Below are positions 48,159 through 58,646 of a stretch of DNA of 64,000 nucleotides, piece by piece. The stretch's first letter is position 1. The number at the start of each line of letters is the position of its first letter. The notes below the pieces were generated by a model. The model was given only the letters and a program-made list of their open reading frames with translations, was not told where the DNA came from and did not search any database. Where the stretch lies: positions 1-64,000 of the IMG/VR virus record IMGVR_UViG_3300037010_000793. One strand, 5' to 3'. The position numbers and the translations under genes were made by a program. Source of the stretch: a virus.

Positions 48159-48623
48159 TTAATAATATTCGTCTAATCTAACAAACCATCTTTTAAACGA
48201 TTCCATATCGCCAAACACTGGGATATCATATCGCTCACACACAATATCTACGTTACCCTTTCGGTAAAACCCAGCAGGACAAACAACAAAAATGCTCTTA
48301 TCTTTAAACAGTCCAAACTCTAATAAACTAATTGGTGATTTAGAATTTGGGGCAAAATACATCAAGATGTGATCGCATTTCTCAAGGTGATCAAGCTCCC
48401 AAAGAACTCGTTCTCGGAAAGGTCCATCGTCCTTTCCTTGCTTCCATGAATTATTCCAATCTAACCATCGAGGATTGTAAACGTCTATACCTTGATTAGT
48501 AAAATAATCAGTAATATCACGCCGCCAATCATCGCCAGGGACCATATCAATACTACCAGCTAAGAATACAGATCTGTTTTTGCTTGATGTTCTCTCAAGT
48601 GAATAATATCTTCTACCGCTCAT
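48159..48623 (-). CDS. Nucleoside 2-deoxyribosyltransferase-like protein
   Basis: VFLAGSID, YNPR, WELDHLEKCD, SPISLLEFG, FYRKGNV. Confidence 0.85.
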   Translation of the reverse strand: MSGRRYYSLERTSSKNRSVFLAGSIDMVPGDDWRRDITDYFTNQGIDVYNPRWLDWNNSWKQGKDDGPFRERVLWELDHLEKCDHILMYFAPNSKSPISLLEFGLFKDKSIFVVCPAGFYRKGNVDIVCERYDIPVFGDMESFKRWFVRLDEYY

Positions 48624-48633
48624 TTAGTACTCC

Positions 48634-49299
48634 TTACATTCCAACAAATAGCGCTGTTAATTTCAAATCTTCTTTGTTTTCAAAATAACCATTAGCTGGA
48701 TTTGAAATAAGAACAAAATAATCAGGAGCAAGCTCAGTAGAAATGCTATAGTTATCACCATTACATCTAGACGATGTCTCTTTATCCCACTTATCATAAG
48801 CGCGCTTCGCAAATTCTTTATCGGTGAACACAGCTAGTACTTCGCCGTTACCTTTTGATTGACCAAAAGAGTTACTGGTTGAATATTGAATCCAAAGAAC
48901 GTATACAACAGCGCCATCTTTGATTTCAGCTTCGGAATAAACAGGAAATGAATCCCAACCATATTCGTTTGTTTTATCATCAATAGATGCGTTATCTACT
49001 GTAAAAAACCAGTCTTCAACCCACTCGCCCCACTGTTCACCAGAATGATATGAACTAGTAATGTGATGGTTAGAATAAATCCATACTTTCTTGAAGGCTG
49101 GTCTGAACAGTTTATCATACTGTCCAGACAAATCATCGAACCCATAATCTTGGCATAGATAAGTAAGACTAGTATAAGTGCTCTGCTTACGTTTGGAGGC
49201 TGGACGAATATGCCATTTATCACAATCAGCAGTGATTTCGTAATTAATGCCGTTATGTTTAACCTTAATTAAATTCTTTTCGATTTTTAAAATTTTCAT
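48634..49299 (-). CDS. Hypothetical protein
   Basis: YSTSNSFG, GYFE motifs. Confidence 0.6.
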   Translation of the reverse strand: MKILKIEKNLIKVKHNGINYEITADCDKWHIRPASKRKQSTYTSLTYLCQDYGFDDLSGQYDKLFRPAFKKVWIYSNHHITSSYHSGEQWGEWVEDWFFTVDNASIDDKTNEYGWDSFPVYSEAEIKDGAVVYVLWIQYSTSNSFGQSKGNGEVLAVFTDKEFAKRAYDKWDKETSSRCNGDNYSISTELAPDYFVLISNPANGYFENKEDLKLTALFVGM

Positions 49300-49360
49300 T
49301 TTCGTTTCCTAAGTAGGATTTAACAAGATCAGTTACTTCACTAACAGTATACTTTAACAA

Positions 49361-49390
49361 ATTATAATACACAACAAATGAATAGTAAAC
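49361..49390 (-). promoter_or_regulatory. Early promoter
   Basis: GTTTAC...TATAAT. Confidence 0.7.
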
Positions 49391-49404
49391 AACTTCAGAA
49401 AATA

Positions 49405-49608
49405 TTACTGATTGTTTTTACAAAGCACACTGTCTGCAAATTCGTTAATTGAAATGCCGCTGGCATTTGTAAGCACTACGTTAGTTTTATCAAAATCAAC
49501 TTTGCCCGTATCAAGGTCGACTCTTACCTGAAAAGGCGTACCAGCAGCAGATATAAACAAAGGCGACCAGCTAGAATAATTAACTGGGTTATCATTTTTA
49601 GTAGACAT
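49405..49608 (-). CDS. Small hypothetical protein
   Basis: SD GGAG. Confidence 0.5.
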   Translation of the reverse strand: MSTKNDNPVNYSSWSPLFISAAGTPFQVRVDLDTGKVDFDKTNVVLTNASGISINEFADSVLCKNNQ

Positions 49609-49692
49609 GTTATCTCCGTCTAGTTGATTTAGTTATACAATTAGTAAGTTGAACGGTAACAGCGAATTTAATGTACGTGTTACCTAGAAGAT

Positions 49693-49917
49693 TCAATCCC
49701 CGCACGGTGAACCACTAGATGAACAGCATGATGAACCAGATCCGCAAGACCATGAGCTGTCAAGATAGCTATCATGATTAACCTGATGGCTGGAATCATA
49801 AGATTTGTTTCGTGTATTGATCTTCTTATAATTCTGTTTAATTGAATAAGCAAGCCAACCCAATACCAAAGCAATCCCGATAAACCCAAGTATTGTTAAA
49901 ATATATCCTTCTACCAT
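49693..49917 (-). CDS. Small membrane protein with Ser/Gly/Cys-rich tail
   Basis: N-terminal TM; DSSWSCGSGSSCCSSSGSPCGD. Confidence 0.6.
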   Translation of the reverse strand: MVEGYILTILGFIGIALVLGWLAYSIKQNYKKINTRNKSYDSSHQVNHDSYLDSSWSCGSGSSCCSSSGSPCGD

Positions 49918-49918
49918 T

Positions 49919-50287
49919 TCATTTTCCTATAATACATTGTTGATTTGCATCATATGTTGCAGAGCATGGTGAGTCCATAAAATAATTAATGCTAAATTCA
50001 CTTATTTGATTTTCAACGATTTTAATCTTATCGTTAACGTCAGAGATGTCTTTCAAAATAAGCTTTTGTTTAACATCATATTGATAAAGATTTGTCAACC
50101 ACTCAGCATCAGCTTCGTGACATGCTCGAATATTGACATACTTCACACCTAAATCAAACATATCGATCCCAATCACCAACCCATCCGAAACGTATCGAGT
50201 TGAACCAATTTCGCTCTTAGCTTCGGCTTCTGGATACATAGATAGAATTTTGCGAAAGTAATCATCATTGACTTGTGTTGTGAACAT
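49919..50287 (-). CDS. Hypothetical protein
   Basis: SD GGAG. Confidence 0.55.
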   Translation of the reverse strand: MFTTQVNDDYFRKILSMYPEAEAKSEIGSTRYVSDGLVIGIDMFDLGVKYVNIRACHEADAEWLTNLYQYDVKQKLILKDISDVNDKIKIVENQISEFSINYFMDSPCSATYDANQQCIIGK

Positions 50288-50930
50288 CTTTTATCTCCAA
50301 ACTAACCGATACACCTTCTTCGAATCTAACAAGATTGACTAACGAGTTCTTTGGTTTGGTTTGCTTTCGAATGCGGGTACGAACCTCTGGTGAAACTTCG
50401 ACATTAATCGGACCATTCCAATCTCCTTCATACTCGCATTCTATGTCAGCTTCCCACAACTTTGTCCTAGGATTCCAAGTCGGCTTACTATGAAATGCAA
50501 AAACGTCATAATCAACACGGTAACTAGCTCTAGGAAAAACTCCATCAATAGCGATATAATTATACCCATTAGGAACTTTGACAATTTCACCCCAAAAGTA
50601 AAAACTACTAATGTCAGCATGTTCTGGATTCGACTGACATTGATCTTGGTCTTGAATTGTTGGTATTTTTGAGTTCATGGCTAATTTTTCCATTAATTGT
50701 TGGTGTCGAACACTGTAAACTTCTGATGCTAATTTCTCACTGAGAACATTGAACATATCGACAGGAATATTATATTCTTGCGAATATTGGTCTACAACAG
50801 CATAAAATGGGTCAACTTCGTATAGGAAGCACCCGTCATCGTTTAACCCAGTTTCATACGCATCGATGATTTGTTCGAGTTGGTCGCTAGTGAATTGGCT
50901 GGCGATTAGATATTGTCGAATGTTCATCAT
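50265..50930 (-). CDS. Hypothetical early protein
   Basis: SD GAGG; promoter at 50989..51018. Confidence 0.6.
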   Translation of the reverse strand: MMNIRQYLIASQFTSDQLEQIIDAYETGLNDDGCFLYEVDPFYAVVDQYSQEYNIPVDMFNVLSEKLASEVYSVRHQQLMEKLAMNSKIPTIQDQDQCQSNPEHADISSFYFWGEIVKVPNGYNYIAIDGVFPRASYRVDYDVFAFHSKPTWNPRTKLWEADIECEYEGDWNGPINVEVSPEVRTRIRKQTKPKNSLVNLVRFEEGVSVSLEIKDVHNTSQ

Positions 50931-51022
50931 TTTGGTTTCCTCATCAGGATTTAGTAGTTAAATTTAAGGTTTCCATCAACTTGTAATTATTATAACCTAA
51001 GTCATGAGAAAAGTAAATAGAT

Positions 51023-51479
51023 TTAATGGTTATCGTTGTCAATAATCACAGTGGTTCCTGTATTGAATACGAAAGTTGATGATGCTTTCGTCAGAATAAA
51101 AAATTTCATCAGTGATTCCAACCGATGCATGGTCAACATAAGATGAGGGGTATGTTCCCACCCACAACACATTGTATCCTAAGTATTCAGAAATAACATA
51201 ATTGAGTTTATCGAAAATGCTTTCATCATTAGAATCAGTTTCATCAATGTATGCTGCTTGTGCATATAGATAACTGAGACGGTCTTCCCAATTGGTTAAT
51301 GTTTCTATGCCCCAACCAAACGCACCGCCAACAACCAAAATTGTATCGGACTCTTTGTCGTATAAAATTGATGTTTCTACTTCAACAGGTTTTCGTAATT
51401 TCGAAGGGTCAGTTCCTAACGTGAATGAGTGAGAAGAACTTGAGTTGGTCTCAAACGTAGAATTGCGGATTTGTTTCAT
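51023..51479 (-). pseudogene. 'RxxxFETNSSSxHS' family protein with a frameshift near its C-terminus
   Basis: MKQIRNSTFETNSSSSHS, FGW, YVDHAS; removing one base at about 51072 restores ..IINFVFNTGTTVIIDNDNH*. Confidence 0.65.
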
Positions 51480-52352
51480 TGTACTTTTACCTTTTCAAAA
51501 ATTTCACGGATTGTTAGATTATCTAAGCTGTGTCGAATTGGAGAAGTTGAGCTAACAGCAAATTCACCTTTCTCCGCATCGATATACATAGTGTGTGACC
51601 CGTCAGTACCCATATAATATGTATCATAATCCGACCAATTAGCCAATACACGCTTTGGGTTCAATTGTTCAATTGCTAAATTGTCAAAAGATAATTTAGC
51701 TTCATGTACAGCATTGAATAATTTTCGATACCAAGTCATAATGCATGCTTGAACCTGTTTCTCTCTAGTTTCGATGTAACGAGAACCTCGACGGAAGTTC
51801 TTGTATCCTAATAGCAACACCTTACCTGAATTTTTACTGACGATGTTGGATAATTCTCCGTAAGGAGTCACCCCAACAATAACATGATTGACCGCATGTT
51901 CATAATCCCAAACAAGCGGAGTCTTAGTGTAAGAATAACCACCCCCTTTAGATGACCATTAGAAATCAATCGTTCTAGACGTTTACGTTCATCTGCGAAA
52001 TGGAATTCATTCACAGTAACATTACAAATTTTACCTTGATTTGATAGTTCCTCAACAAACTCATCGAACCCAGCATGAGCTAGTGGATTACCGCCACCAA
52101 TGGCGATTTCAACACCGGCCGGTAATTGCGAATATAGGTCGATGATTTTAGATAAATCTGGGACTTCATTCCCTTCGTTGTCGAGTTCTCGTGACACCAA
52201 GCACAACCAGCATCACACCAACCATTGATCTTTACATCCATAGATTCTGGGAATTCTACGTAAGGTGTTAAGACATCTGTCATTCTGATCTTGGTTCCAT
52301 CTTTGTGGATTTCTACTGACCACGAACCATTGGAATATTCATGTAGTTTCAT
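51476..52352 (-). pseudogene. Radical SAM enzyme split by two single-base frameshifts
   Basis: PESMDVKI..WCDAGCAWCHE (CxxxCxxC), EIAIGGGNPL, NVTVN, LLLGYK, YMGTDG..TMYIDA; shifts at G-runs near 52172 and 51942. Confidence 0.85.
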
Positions 52353-52729
52353 TTTCTATCCTCCACAAGATAGATGATATGTCTAATTCTATCACGAGTT
52401 ATATCATGATCGACGTCCGCTCTACCAGAAAGAAGATCTTGTAAGAGAACATACATAGCTGGGGCGCTTTTGATCAATCTTGTATTAGCTTCTTGCATTT
52501 TAATATCAGAAAAACCGCACGATTGAATAGTCATTTCACCCCAAAATAGAGTTGGATTTAAATCTTCAATGTCATGCCTGCCACAAAATGTGAATATCTG
52601 CATATTTCTCGGGTCTTTAAAAACGACATGTACACTGCGATCCTCTATAAGAACTATTGTACCCCATCCGCAGAGTATAGACCAAACACGATCACCTATT
52701 TGTGCATTTTCAAATGTATTCATTGACAA
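52349..52729 (-). CDS. TFExAxxGDxV..GWG family protein, copy 1
   Basis: NTFENAQIGDRVWSILCGWG ... PTLFW. Confidence 0.7.
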   Translation of the reverse strand: MSMNTFENAQIGDRVWSILCGWGTIVLIEDRSVHVVFKDPRNMQIFTFCGRHDIEDLNPTLFWGEMTIQSCGFSDIKMQEANTRLIKSAPAMYVLLQDLLSGRADVDHDITRDRIRHIIYLVEDRK

Positions 52730-52752
52730 ATTCCTTTTATTGTTTTGTAATA

Positions 52753-53055
52753 TTATCCAATGAAACTGTTCTTCAATTTCAAAAACTTAGCTTTACGGTA
52801 ACGCTTAGCATTACGCAATCCATAAGCCTGACAGCGACCATTTTCCACAGGAAAAAACGTGTAATCATTAGTAGAACTATCAGAACACAGCACTGCCATA
52901 ACAGGGATGTCTCCATAGTCGCGGTGAAACATGCGGCGCAAACGCTTCTTGGTACTAGGGTGAGTGTTATAGTTGCTAGCAACCAAACAAGTACCTTTGG
53001 TCTCGATGATATGGCGAGAGTTATTTAGAAAGTGAGAAGATTTAGTACCGCTCAT
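52753..53055 (-). CDS. Small basic hypothetical protein
   Basis: Behind a promoter cassette. Confidence 0.5.
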   Translation of the reverse strand: MSGTKSSHFLNNSRHIIETKGTCLVASNYNTHPSTKKRLRRMFHRDYGDIPVMAVLCSDSSTNDYTFFPVENGRCQAYGLRNAKRYRKAKFLKLKNSFIG

Positions 53056-53080
53056 ATTATGTTATCCATATCGTTTAGTG

Positions 53081-53131
53081 TTTGTTCATTTGTTAGATAT
53101 ATTATAACAAGAACATGAGCGAATGTAAATA
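53081..53131 (-). promoter_or_regulatory. Early promoter cassette, type B
   Basis: tttgttcatttgttagatatattataaca...gtaaa, shared with 53734, 56901, 60550 and 61445. Confidence 0.8.
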
Positions 53132-53195
53132 GCAAAATGTAAAAATAATTGAATTATTTTATTCAATACAAACATGATGGTAAAATCTTAATTAC

Positions 53196-53708
53196 TTAGC
53201 AGTTATTATCATTTTGAGTGTATGGTGACTGAGCTTTAATAGTCTCAATACAGCTAGCAATCAATAATTTATGATTTTTCCACCATTTTAACGCGTATGG
53301 GTGCATCTTCTGAATCTTTTTGTCTGAGAAGTTTAGCCACTCTTCATGACTGTAATGAAGATTACCAACGCGAACACTATCTGTATAGATATACGTCTCC
53401 CAACCTTGAAGATTAATGATAATAAGAGCAACGCCACGGAGGTCTGCGTTGTGAAGGTTTACACAACGGAGGTCTGCTCCTCGGACGTCTGCTTTGCGAA
53501 GGTCTGCTCCTCGAAGATTTACTCCTTCGAGGTCTACATTACGAAGATCTACATTACGAAGATCAGCTCCGCCGAGGTCTACGTAGCGAAGGTCTAGACC
53601 TCGAAGATCCGCTTTACGAAGGTTCGCACGAACACCACCTTCTTTACCTTCTAACCATAGCTTATGTAATTTAATGATTTCATTTAACTGTTGTTGAGTT
53701 AATTTCAT
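53196..53708 (-). CDS. Pentapeptide-repeat protein
   Basis: A/V-D/N-L-R-x repeats; HKLWLEG..GVRANL N-terminus. Confidence 0.92.
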   Translation of the reverse strand: MKLTQQQLNEIIKLHKLWLEGKEGGVRANLRKADLRGLDLRYVDLGGADLRNVDLRNVDLEGVNLRGADLRKADVRGADLRCVNLHNADLRGVALIIINLQGWETYIYTDSVRVGNLHYSHEEWLNFSDKKIQKMHPYALKWWKNHKLLIASCIETIKAQSPYTQNDNNC

Positions 53709-53733
53709 ATTCTGTTCTCCGCGTTGTTTAGCA

Positions 53734-53784
53734 TTTGTTCATTTGTTAGATATATTATAACATGTTGGTTGTGACTTGTAAATA
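53734..53784 (-). promoter_or_regulatory. Early promoter cassette, type B
   Basis: 29 bp identical to the cassette at 53081. Confidence 0.8.
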
Positions 53785-54050
53785 GTTATTTTCTACATAA
53801 TACACATTAATTTCCAACATTGTTACTGCATTACATATGCTCTGTACATAATCACAAATTAAATATATTTCAGCGTTAGAAATGAATCCAGAATGGTTAG
53901 GTTCACTTGCGGTTATGTTCCATAAAAATTGGCTATAAGACATTAATGGAAAATATGACAGATGTTTCATTAAGATTGGTTGATACATCGAGAGACAATC
54001 AAAATTTAGACTTGATTACTGTTTTAGATAAATCATTACCATTTGTATTT

Positions 54051-54278
54051 TTATCCTGAATATGGAGAAACTAATGACAATGTTACATCAGTTATGGTTA
54101 CACGGTCTAAGTTATCTAGCAATTCGTCAGACAAAGATTCTTCATAATTAATGAGGATTGTCTGCCCGTAGATTTCAAGGTAATCTTCATAAGGTTTTAT
54201 AGTGATTGCATCTACTACTTCATGTGTAATAGATGTATCTTTCCAATAAATTTCAAGAGTGACTTTGTAATGGTGCAT
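54051..54278 (-). CDS. Hypothetical protein
   Basis: SD AGGT. Confidence 0.5.
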   Translation of the reverse strand: MHHYKVTLEIYWKDTSITHEVVDAITIKPYEDYLEIYGQTILINYEESLSDELLDNLDRVTITDVTLSLVSPYSG

Positions 54279-54312
54279 AAAGTATACCTAAATATTGATT
54301 ACTATGAGTGTT

Positions 54313-54651
54313 TTACACGTTCACCGCAACGAAATGTTCATCGAGATAAGCATCAACCAATTCTTGAACTTCTTCAAGCTCGAATTTCTTCCCTAGAAGA
54401 TCCAATTCTTGAATTCTAGCAATCTTCAATGTATTCTCTAAGAATGGTGTAATATTATTGAGTCTTTCATCTACACTGCATTTATAGATAACTTCAGCTT
54501 GAGAAGACAATAATCCTAAACGGAATGCATCGGTTCCTATTAGCAAACGAGCCTTTTCCATACAAATATTGAAGAAAATCGTTTGCCAAAGCGTAATGAT
54601 ATCCGGTTCGAATCTCTCGCCAGTTACTTTAGTGTAAAAACATTTCTTCAC
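54313..54651 (-). CDS. Hypothetical protein
   Basis: SD AAGGA, GTG start. Confidence 0.55.
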   Translation of the reverse strand: MKKCFYTKVTGERFEPDIITLWQTIFFNICMEKARLLIGTDAFRLGLLSSQAEVIYKCSVDERLNNITPFLENTLKIARIQELDLLGKKFELEEVQELVDAYLDEHFVAVNV

Positions 54652-54847
54652 AATAAATTCCTTTTTATAAATATCTAATTGAAATAAAATGATCGTTCTT
54701 ATGATCTTCAGACCATCTTAACATAGCATTGTATACTATGTTAGCAGCTATACGACATTTCCTAACATTACCAAAAGAAAATTCTCTATATAGAATTTCA
54801 AATTCGATGTTAGTAGAATTAGTATTATTCATGATAGCACCTCGCTG

Positions 54848-55432
54848 TTAGTAGTACCAAGAACGGTAATGAGTTGCGGTTTCTGGATTTTGAATTTTCG
54901 TAGCACGCTTAAATGAGGAGAATTTAATAGAGTCTCCAATTAAACGGAATTTTTCAGGTTCTCCAATGAACGTATCTTTAACTGGACGACAATATTCAGA
55001 AGCCCAACCATGTACTTTAACAGTTTCCCGAGCGATTTCTCTAACGATCACGCTATTAGTTGTAGGTTTATCAATAACTTGATAGTAATCACATTGCGTT
55101 TGCTCATACCCCCAATCAGCGTGTAAAATATCACCTACTTGAATCACATTAGCATCTTCTTTTTCTTTAACTTTACGTTCGGCTTTATTTTTAATATCCA
55201 GTTCAATATTACTAGTGATATTGTTTAATTGAGTTTGAAGATTTTCGATAAGAGACTCTACTGTTTTAAAACGGTAGCCATAAATCATTTTCTCTTTTTT
55301 CAAACGAGCTTTTGGAGTAGGTTTATAGATCGCGCCAGCGATAGTAGGTGTTACACTATATTCTAGACGGTAGCCGATTTTAGCAAACCCTGAAGAGATA
55401 GTTTCTAAAGTTTTGATTTGATTTGAATTCAT
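54848..55432 (-). CDS. Hypothetical early protein
   Basis: VGDILHADWGYEQTQCDYYQV motif; SD AGGAG; promoter at 55491..55520. Confidence 0.7.
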   Translation of the reverse strand: MNSNQIKTLETISSGFAKIGYRLEYSVTPTIAGAIYKPTPKARLKKEKMIYGYRFKTVESLIENLQTQLNNITSNIELDIKNKAERKVKEKEDANVIQVGDILHADWGYEQTQCDYYQVIDKPTTNSVIVREIARETVKVHGWASEYCRPVKDTFIGEPEKFRLIGDSIKFSSFKRATKIQNPETATHYRSWYY

Positions 55433-55612
55433 AATATAGACTCCTAAGAGATTTCAATTTTTAGTTGATAACCTAACCAACTTAGGAGTAATTATAACAT
55501 AACTAATCAGTAAAGTAAATAGTTTAGCGAATATTTCTTATATTTTTCTTAACCTTATCCGGTAACTGGTTAAAGGTCATTTCAATGTATTTCACCATTT
55601 CGATAAATGTTT

Positions 55613-56317
55613 TCATTTCTTTACAAATAAATTCTTCATAATTAATATTACCCGAATATACGGATTACTATCCATACGAATAGTATCAATATTGAATTTA
55701 ATTTCCCCATTAGCAATGACAATATAGATATATCCTTGAGCTAATCCTACTGTTAGATAAAAATGGCTATCATAATTATTATATTGTCTAGATATATCGA
55801 ATTCCAGAGATCCTAAATTGAAGTCTTCCTTAAGATTCTTTTTGAGTAAAGATAGATTTAATATGCTGAAAACGTCGCAGAGCTCTGGAAAAGGCTTGGT
55901 AAAATCTTGAGAACATTCCATCAAATTGATACTATCAAAAATTAGTTCGAAAATGGAGAATACGTTTAAATGAATGAAGTTAGCTAACTTGCTTCTACCA
56001 ATTTTACGAATCTCGGTATATCCATGACCATTGTTACTCGTTTCTATTACAAGTTTCTTAGTACCTCGAACACGAATATAAAATGGTTCCGTACCAAACT
56101 TATTATTATAGCAAAGATAATAATGTACTGTAGGATCCGTCGTATTAAGCACCTTTAGAAATTTCATAGATTTAGGGTAGATGTAATTTTTGAATAAATC
56201 TACAGCTGGGATTTTGAATAAATCGGTGCCAATAGGAAGTCTAAGTTTTGCTTTCATTTTTGTCTCGCAGTTCATGTGATTAGTTTTATATTGGCATCTT
56301 ATAGAGATCCATTCCAT
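55613..56317 (-). CDS. Hypothetical protein (true start probably MKAKLRL)
   Basis: Long ORF whose listed start lies inside a hairpin at 56301..56331. Confidence 0.55.
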   Translation of the reverse strand: MEWISIRCQYKTNHMNCETKMKAKLRLPIGTDLFKIPAVDLFKNYIYPKSMKFLKVLNTTDPTVHYYLCYNNKFGTEPFYIRVRGTKKLVIETSNNGHGYTEIRKIGRSKLANFIHLNVFSIFELIFDSINLMECSQDFTKPFPELCDVFSILNLSLLKKNLKEDFNLGSLEFDISRQYNNYDSHFYLTVGLAQGYIYIVIANGEIKFNIDTIRMDSNPYIRVILIMKNLFVKK

Positions 56318-56414
56318 TAGCGGATCTCTATTTCAGTGATGACATTTTTAAGAAAATGTTGCACCGCTGATGTCTACAGCGCCGGACCATGATGGTAAAA
56401 TGTTTTGTTCTTCA

Positions 56415-56876
56415 TCAATGCTTTAGCATTGCTTTGATATGAAGTATAGCTGCCTCACGACCTAAATTATTACAGGGATAACACAAATTATTCTCAGACA
56501 AAAATTTACACCAAGTGCCATCATTGTATATCATTAATTTATGTAAACTTGTACAATCTACAGATGGGTGATAGAAATGTTCACCTGAAGTCGGTTTAAA
56601 CGAGATATTAGGGACTTCAATCCCATTAATCAATTTAACACCTACTGGTTTTACAGGAGCATTAATCTGACATTCATCCCAAAACAAAGACTGGGTTTGT
56701 ATTGTATGCATACAATACCCTTCCACGGTAAAGAAAATAGTTTGATCAACTAAATTTATGAAACGAACGTAAATAGCATATGTTTTACCTGCTTCTACAC
56801 GATCAATTTCACCCCAGCCAAATGTATGGGAAAAGACGCGATCACCGACTTTAGCGGTTTCAAATGTAGTCGTCAT
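56415..56876 (-). CDS. TFExAxxGDxV..GWG family protein, copy 2
   Basis: TTFETAKVGDRVFSHTFGWG ... QSLFWD ... LINGIEVPNISFKP. Confidence 0.75.
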   Translation of the reverse strand: MTTTFETAKVGDRVFSHTFGWGEIDRVEAGKTYAIYVRFINLVDQTIFFTVEGYCMHTIQTQSLFWDECQINAPVKPVGVKLINGIEVPNISFKPTSGEHFYHPSVDCTSLHKLMIYNDGTWCKFLSENNLCYPCNNLGREAAILHIKAMLKH

Positions 56877-56900
56877 GTCTAAATTCCTTTATGGTTAATA

Positions 56901-56950
56901 TTTGTTCAATGTTAGATATATTATAACACGTCTGAAGTAAAAAGTAAACA
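56901..56950 (-). promoter_or_regulatory. Early promoter cassette, type B
   Basis: tttgttcaatgttagatatattataaca...gtaaaca. Confidence 0.78.
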
Positions 56951-56966
56951 GTTTATTGCAATTCTA

Positions 56967-57359
56967 CTAACTATTTTCCCAACATGTACTGTGGTCATAC
57001 ACGGCCGAACTATCTGCAGGATTGTAAGGCATAATTCGAGTAATTACCTCACGATCGCTGGATACATCAACACGAAAACAACTAGCTAGAGTAGGGTGTT
57101 CTGAAACCAACCAAACTAAAGAGTCATGGTTCATTTTACTAATCTGTTCAATAACAAACGACCTAATGTCTTCAAGTGGTACAGTTGGTTCCTGAACAAT
57201 TCGAATTACAGTATTCATATTAAGATCACCTTTACGATTATCTAAATTATGTTTTAGCTCATCAATCGTGATGTCTTTAAATGTAACAACAGCCTCATTA
57301 TCCTGGTGTTTACCTCTACCCTCAACGAATTCGTATACAATACTATATGTGTTTTTCAT
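56967..57359 (-). CDS. Hypothetical protein
   Basis: SD GGTG. Confidence 0.55.
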   Translation of the reverse strand: MKNTYSIVYEFVEGRGKHQDNEAVVTFKDITIDELKHNLDNRKGDLNMNTVIRIVQEPTVPLEDIRSFVIEQISKMNHDSLVWLVSEHPTLASCFRVDVSSDREVITRIMPYNPADSSAVYDHSTCWENS

Positions 57360-57377
57360 TTTGTCACCAATTAATGT

Positions 57378-57746
57378 TTATTGAATTTTAACAGCTTTAA
57401 CAGCTTTTTCAACACAAGCAAAATCATTTTCAGATAAATCAGCATGGTATTTCAATTCAAACTGAAGAAAAGTATCACCTGAGTCATAAACGCGAATACT
57501 ATCCCAATTAGAGCAGCTGATTCCGTCTGCTAGTTGACAATCAACGTCATTAACTAAAGTTGTGTCTAATTCGATTGACTCAACATTAATAAACGTGATG
57601 ATAATAGTTTGTGTATCCACTTGCTTCCATTCTACAGAAGATGGATGTTGATTGGTTGAGACCCACTGTGATTGTTCACCTTCAGCGATACTCTGAATAT
57701 AAACAATCTCATGTTTTACACCAGTGTTTGGATCAATTACATACAT
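57378..57746 (-). CDS. Hypothetical protein
   Basis: SD GGAG. Confidence 0.55.
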   Translation of the reverse strand: MYVIDPNTGVKHEIVYIQSIAEGEQSQWVSTNQHPSSVEWKQVDTQTIIITFINVESIELDTTLVNDVDCQLADGISCSNWDSIRVYDSGDTFLQFELKYHADLSENDFACVEKAVKAVKIQ

Positions 57747-57881
57747 TAAAATAAAACTCCATTAAAATAAATTTAAGCACTACAGCGACACCAAAATGAT
57801 GCTAGCTATAGTTACCCAATCATTAATAATTAGATAATTAAGCAGGGACAATCTGGTGTAATCCTATTACAGTTTAATGAC

Positions 57882-58646
57882 CTACTTATTCAAAGCAAGT
57901 AGCTGTTTATTTTTCCAGTTATCATCTACTTTCTTCATATCAGCCTTGTAGAATACATGATCTCCAATAACAGTTCTCGTTTTCTTATCCATATAAGGAA
58001 TCCAGCTAGTCTGTCGCTCTACCTTAAGAGTGCAATAATGGTCAAACTTATGTTTTAATTTGCCTGCCTTATACTTCTTGATAGTCTCGTTAGCAATAAT
58101 ATTAGCGTTATTCCAAGCAACCATAGATTTAGTATCAGAACCGATGACCCGATTATCAATACCTTCACAGTACCATGAAAAGTGGCATTTGTTTAATACT
58201 AGTTGTTTTTTATCAGGTGATGTATAAGCGTGTTTAACAACTTGACATATATTATTATCACCGAACATACCAACTCTGCTAACTGTAGTTTCGGCTTGGG
58301 TGATTTGACCTGAGTTTAATTGATTAGCGGCTTCAAAGAAAATGTTAACAGCAAGACATGTTTGATCATCTTCGAGCTTTAGATATTTTTTATCAATTTT
58401 GCTATACACTGTTGGAATGTTTATGTAACGATTATCTTTGTTAGTTGAATCAATAAAGTCTGGGTCATTACCATCAATGGATATTTGCGGTTTATTAATG
58501 GTTAAAACTTCAGCGTTATTAGCAGGTGTTACTAGCTGAACTTCTACTGTGCCTGGTTGTCTTAAGTGTAGGTATTGAAGATACCCCATAATAATCACAG
58601 TTACCGCGAAAATAGCTGAGTATTTGTACTTCGAGGCTACTAACAT
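57882..58646 (-). CDS. SleB-like cell wall hydrolase (Hydrolase_2) with N-terminal anchor
   Basis: CLAVNIFFEA, ICQVV, CHFSWYC, IGDHVFY. Confidence 0.88.
   Translation of the reverse strand: MLVASKYKYSAIFAVTVIIMGYLQYLHLRQPGTVEVQLVTPANNAEVLTINKPQISIDGNDPDFIDSTNKDNRYINIPTVYSKIDKKYLKLEDDQTCLAVNIFFEAANQLNSGQITQAETTVSRVGMFGDNNICQVVKHAYTSPDKKQLVLNKCHFSWYCEGIDNRVIGSDTKSMVAWNNANIIANETIKKYKAGKLKHKFDHYCTLKVERQTSWIPYMDKKTRTVIGDHVFYKADMKKVDDNWKNKQLLALNK

Noticed and set aside
53755-53988. 77-aa ORF
   Set aside because: Runs into the next promoter cassette and lacks a clear SD; possibly a decayed gene, but not supportable
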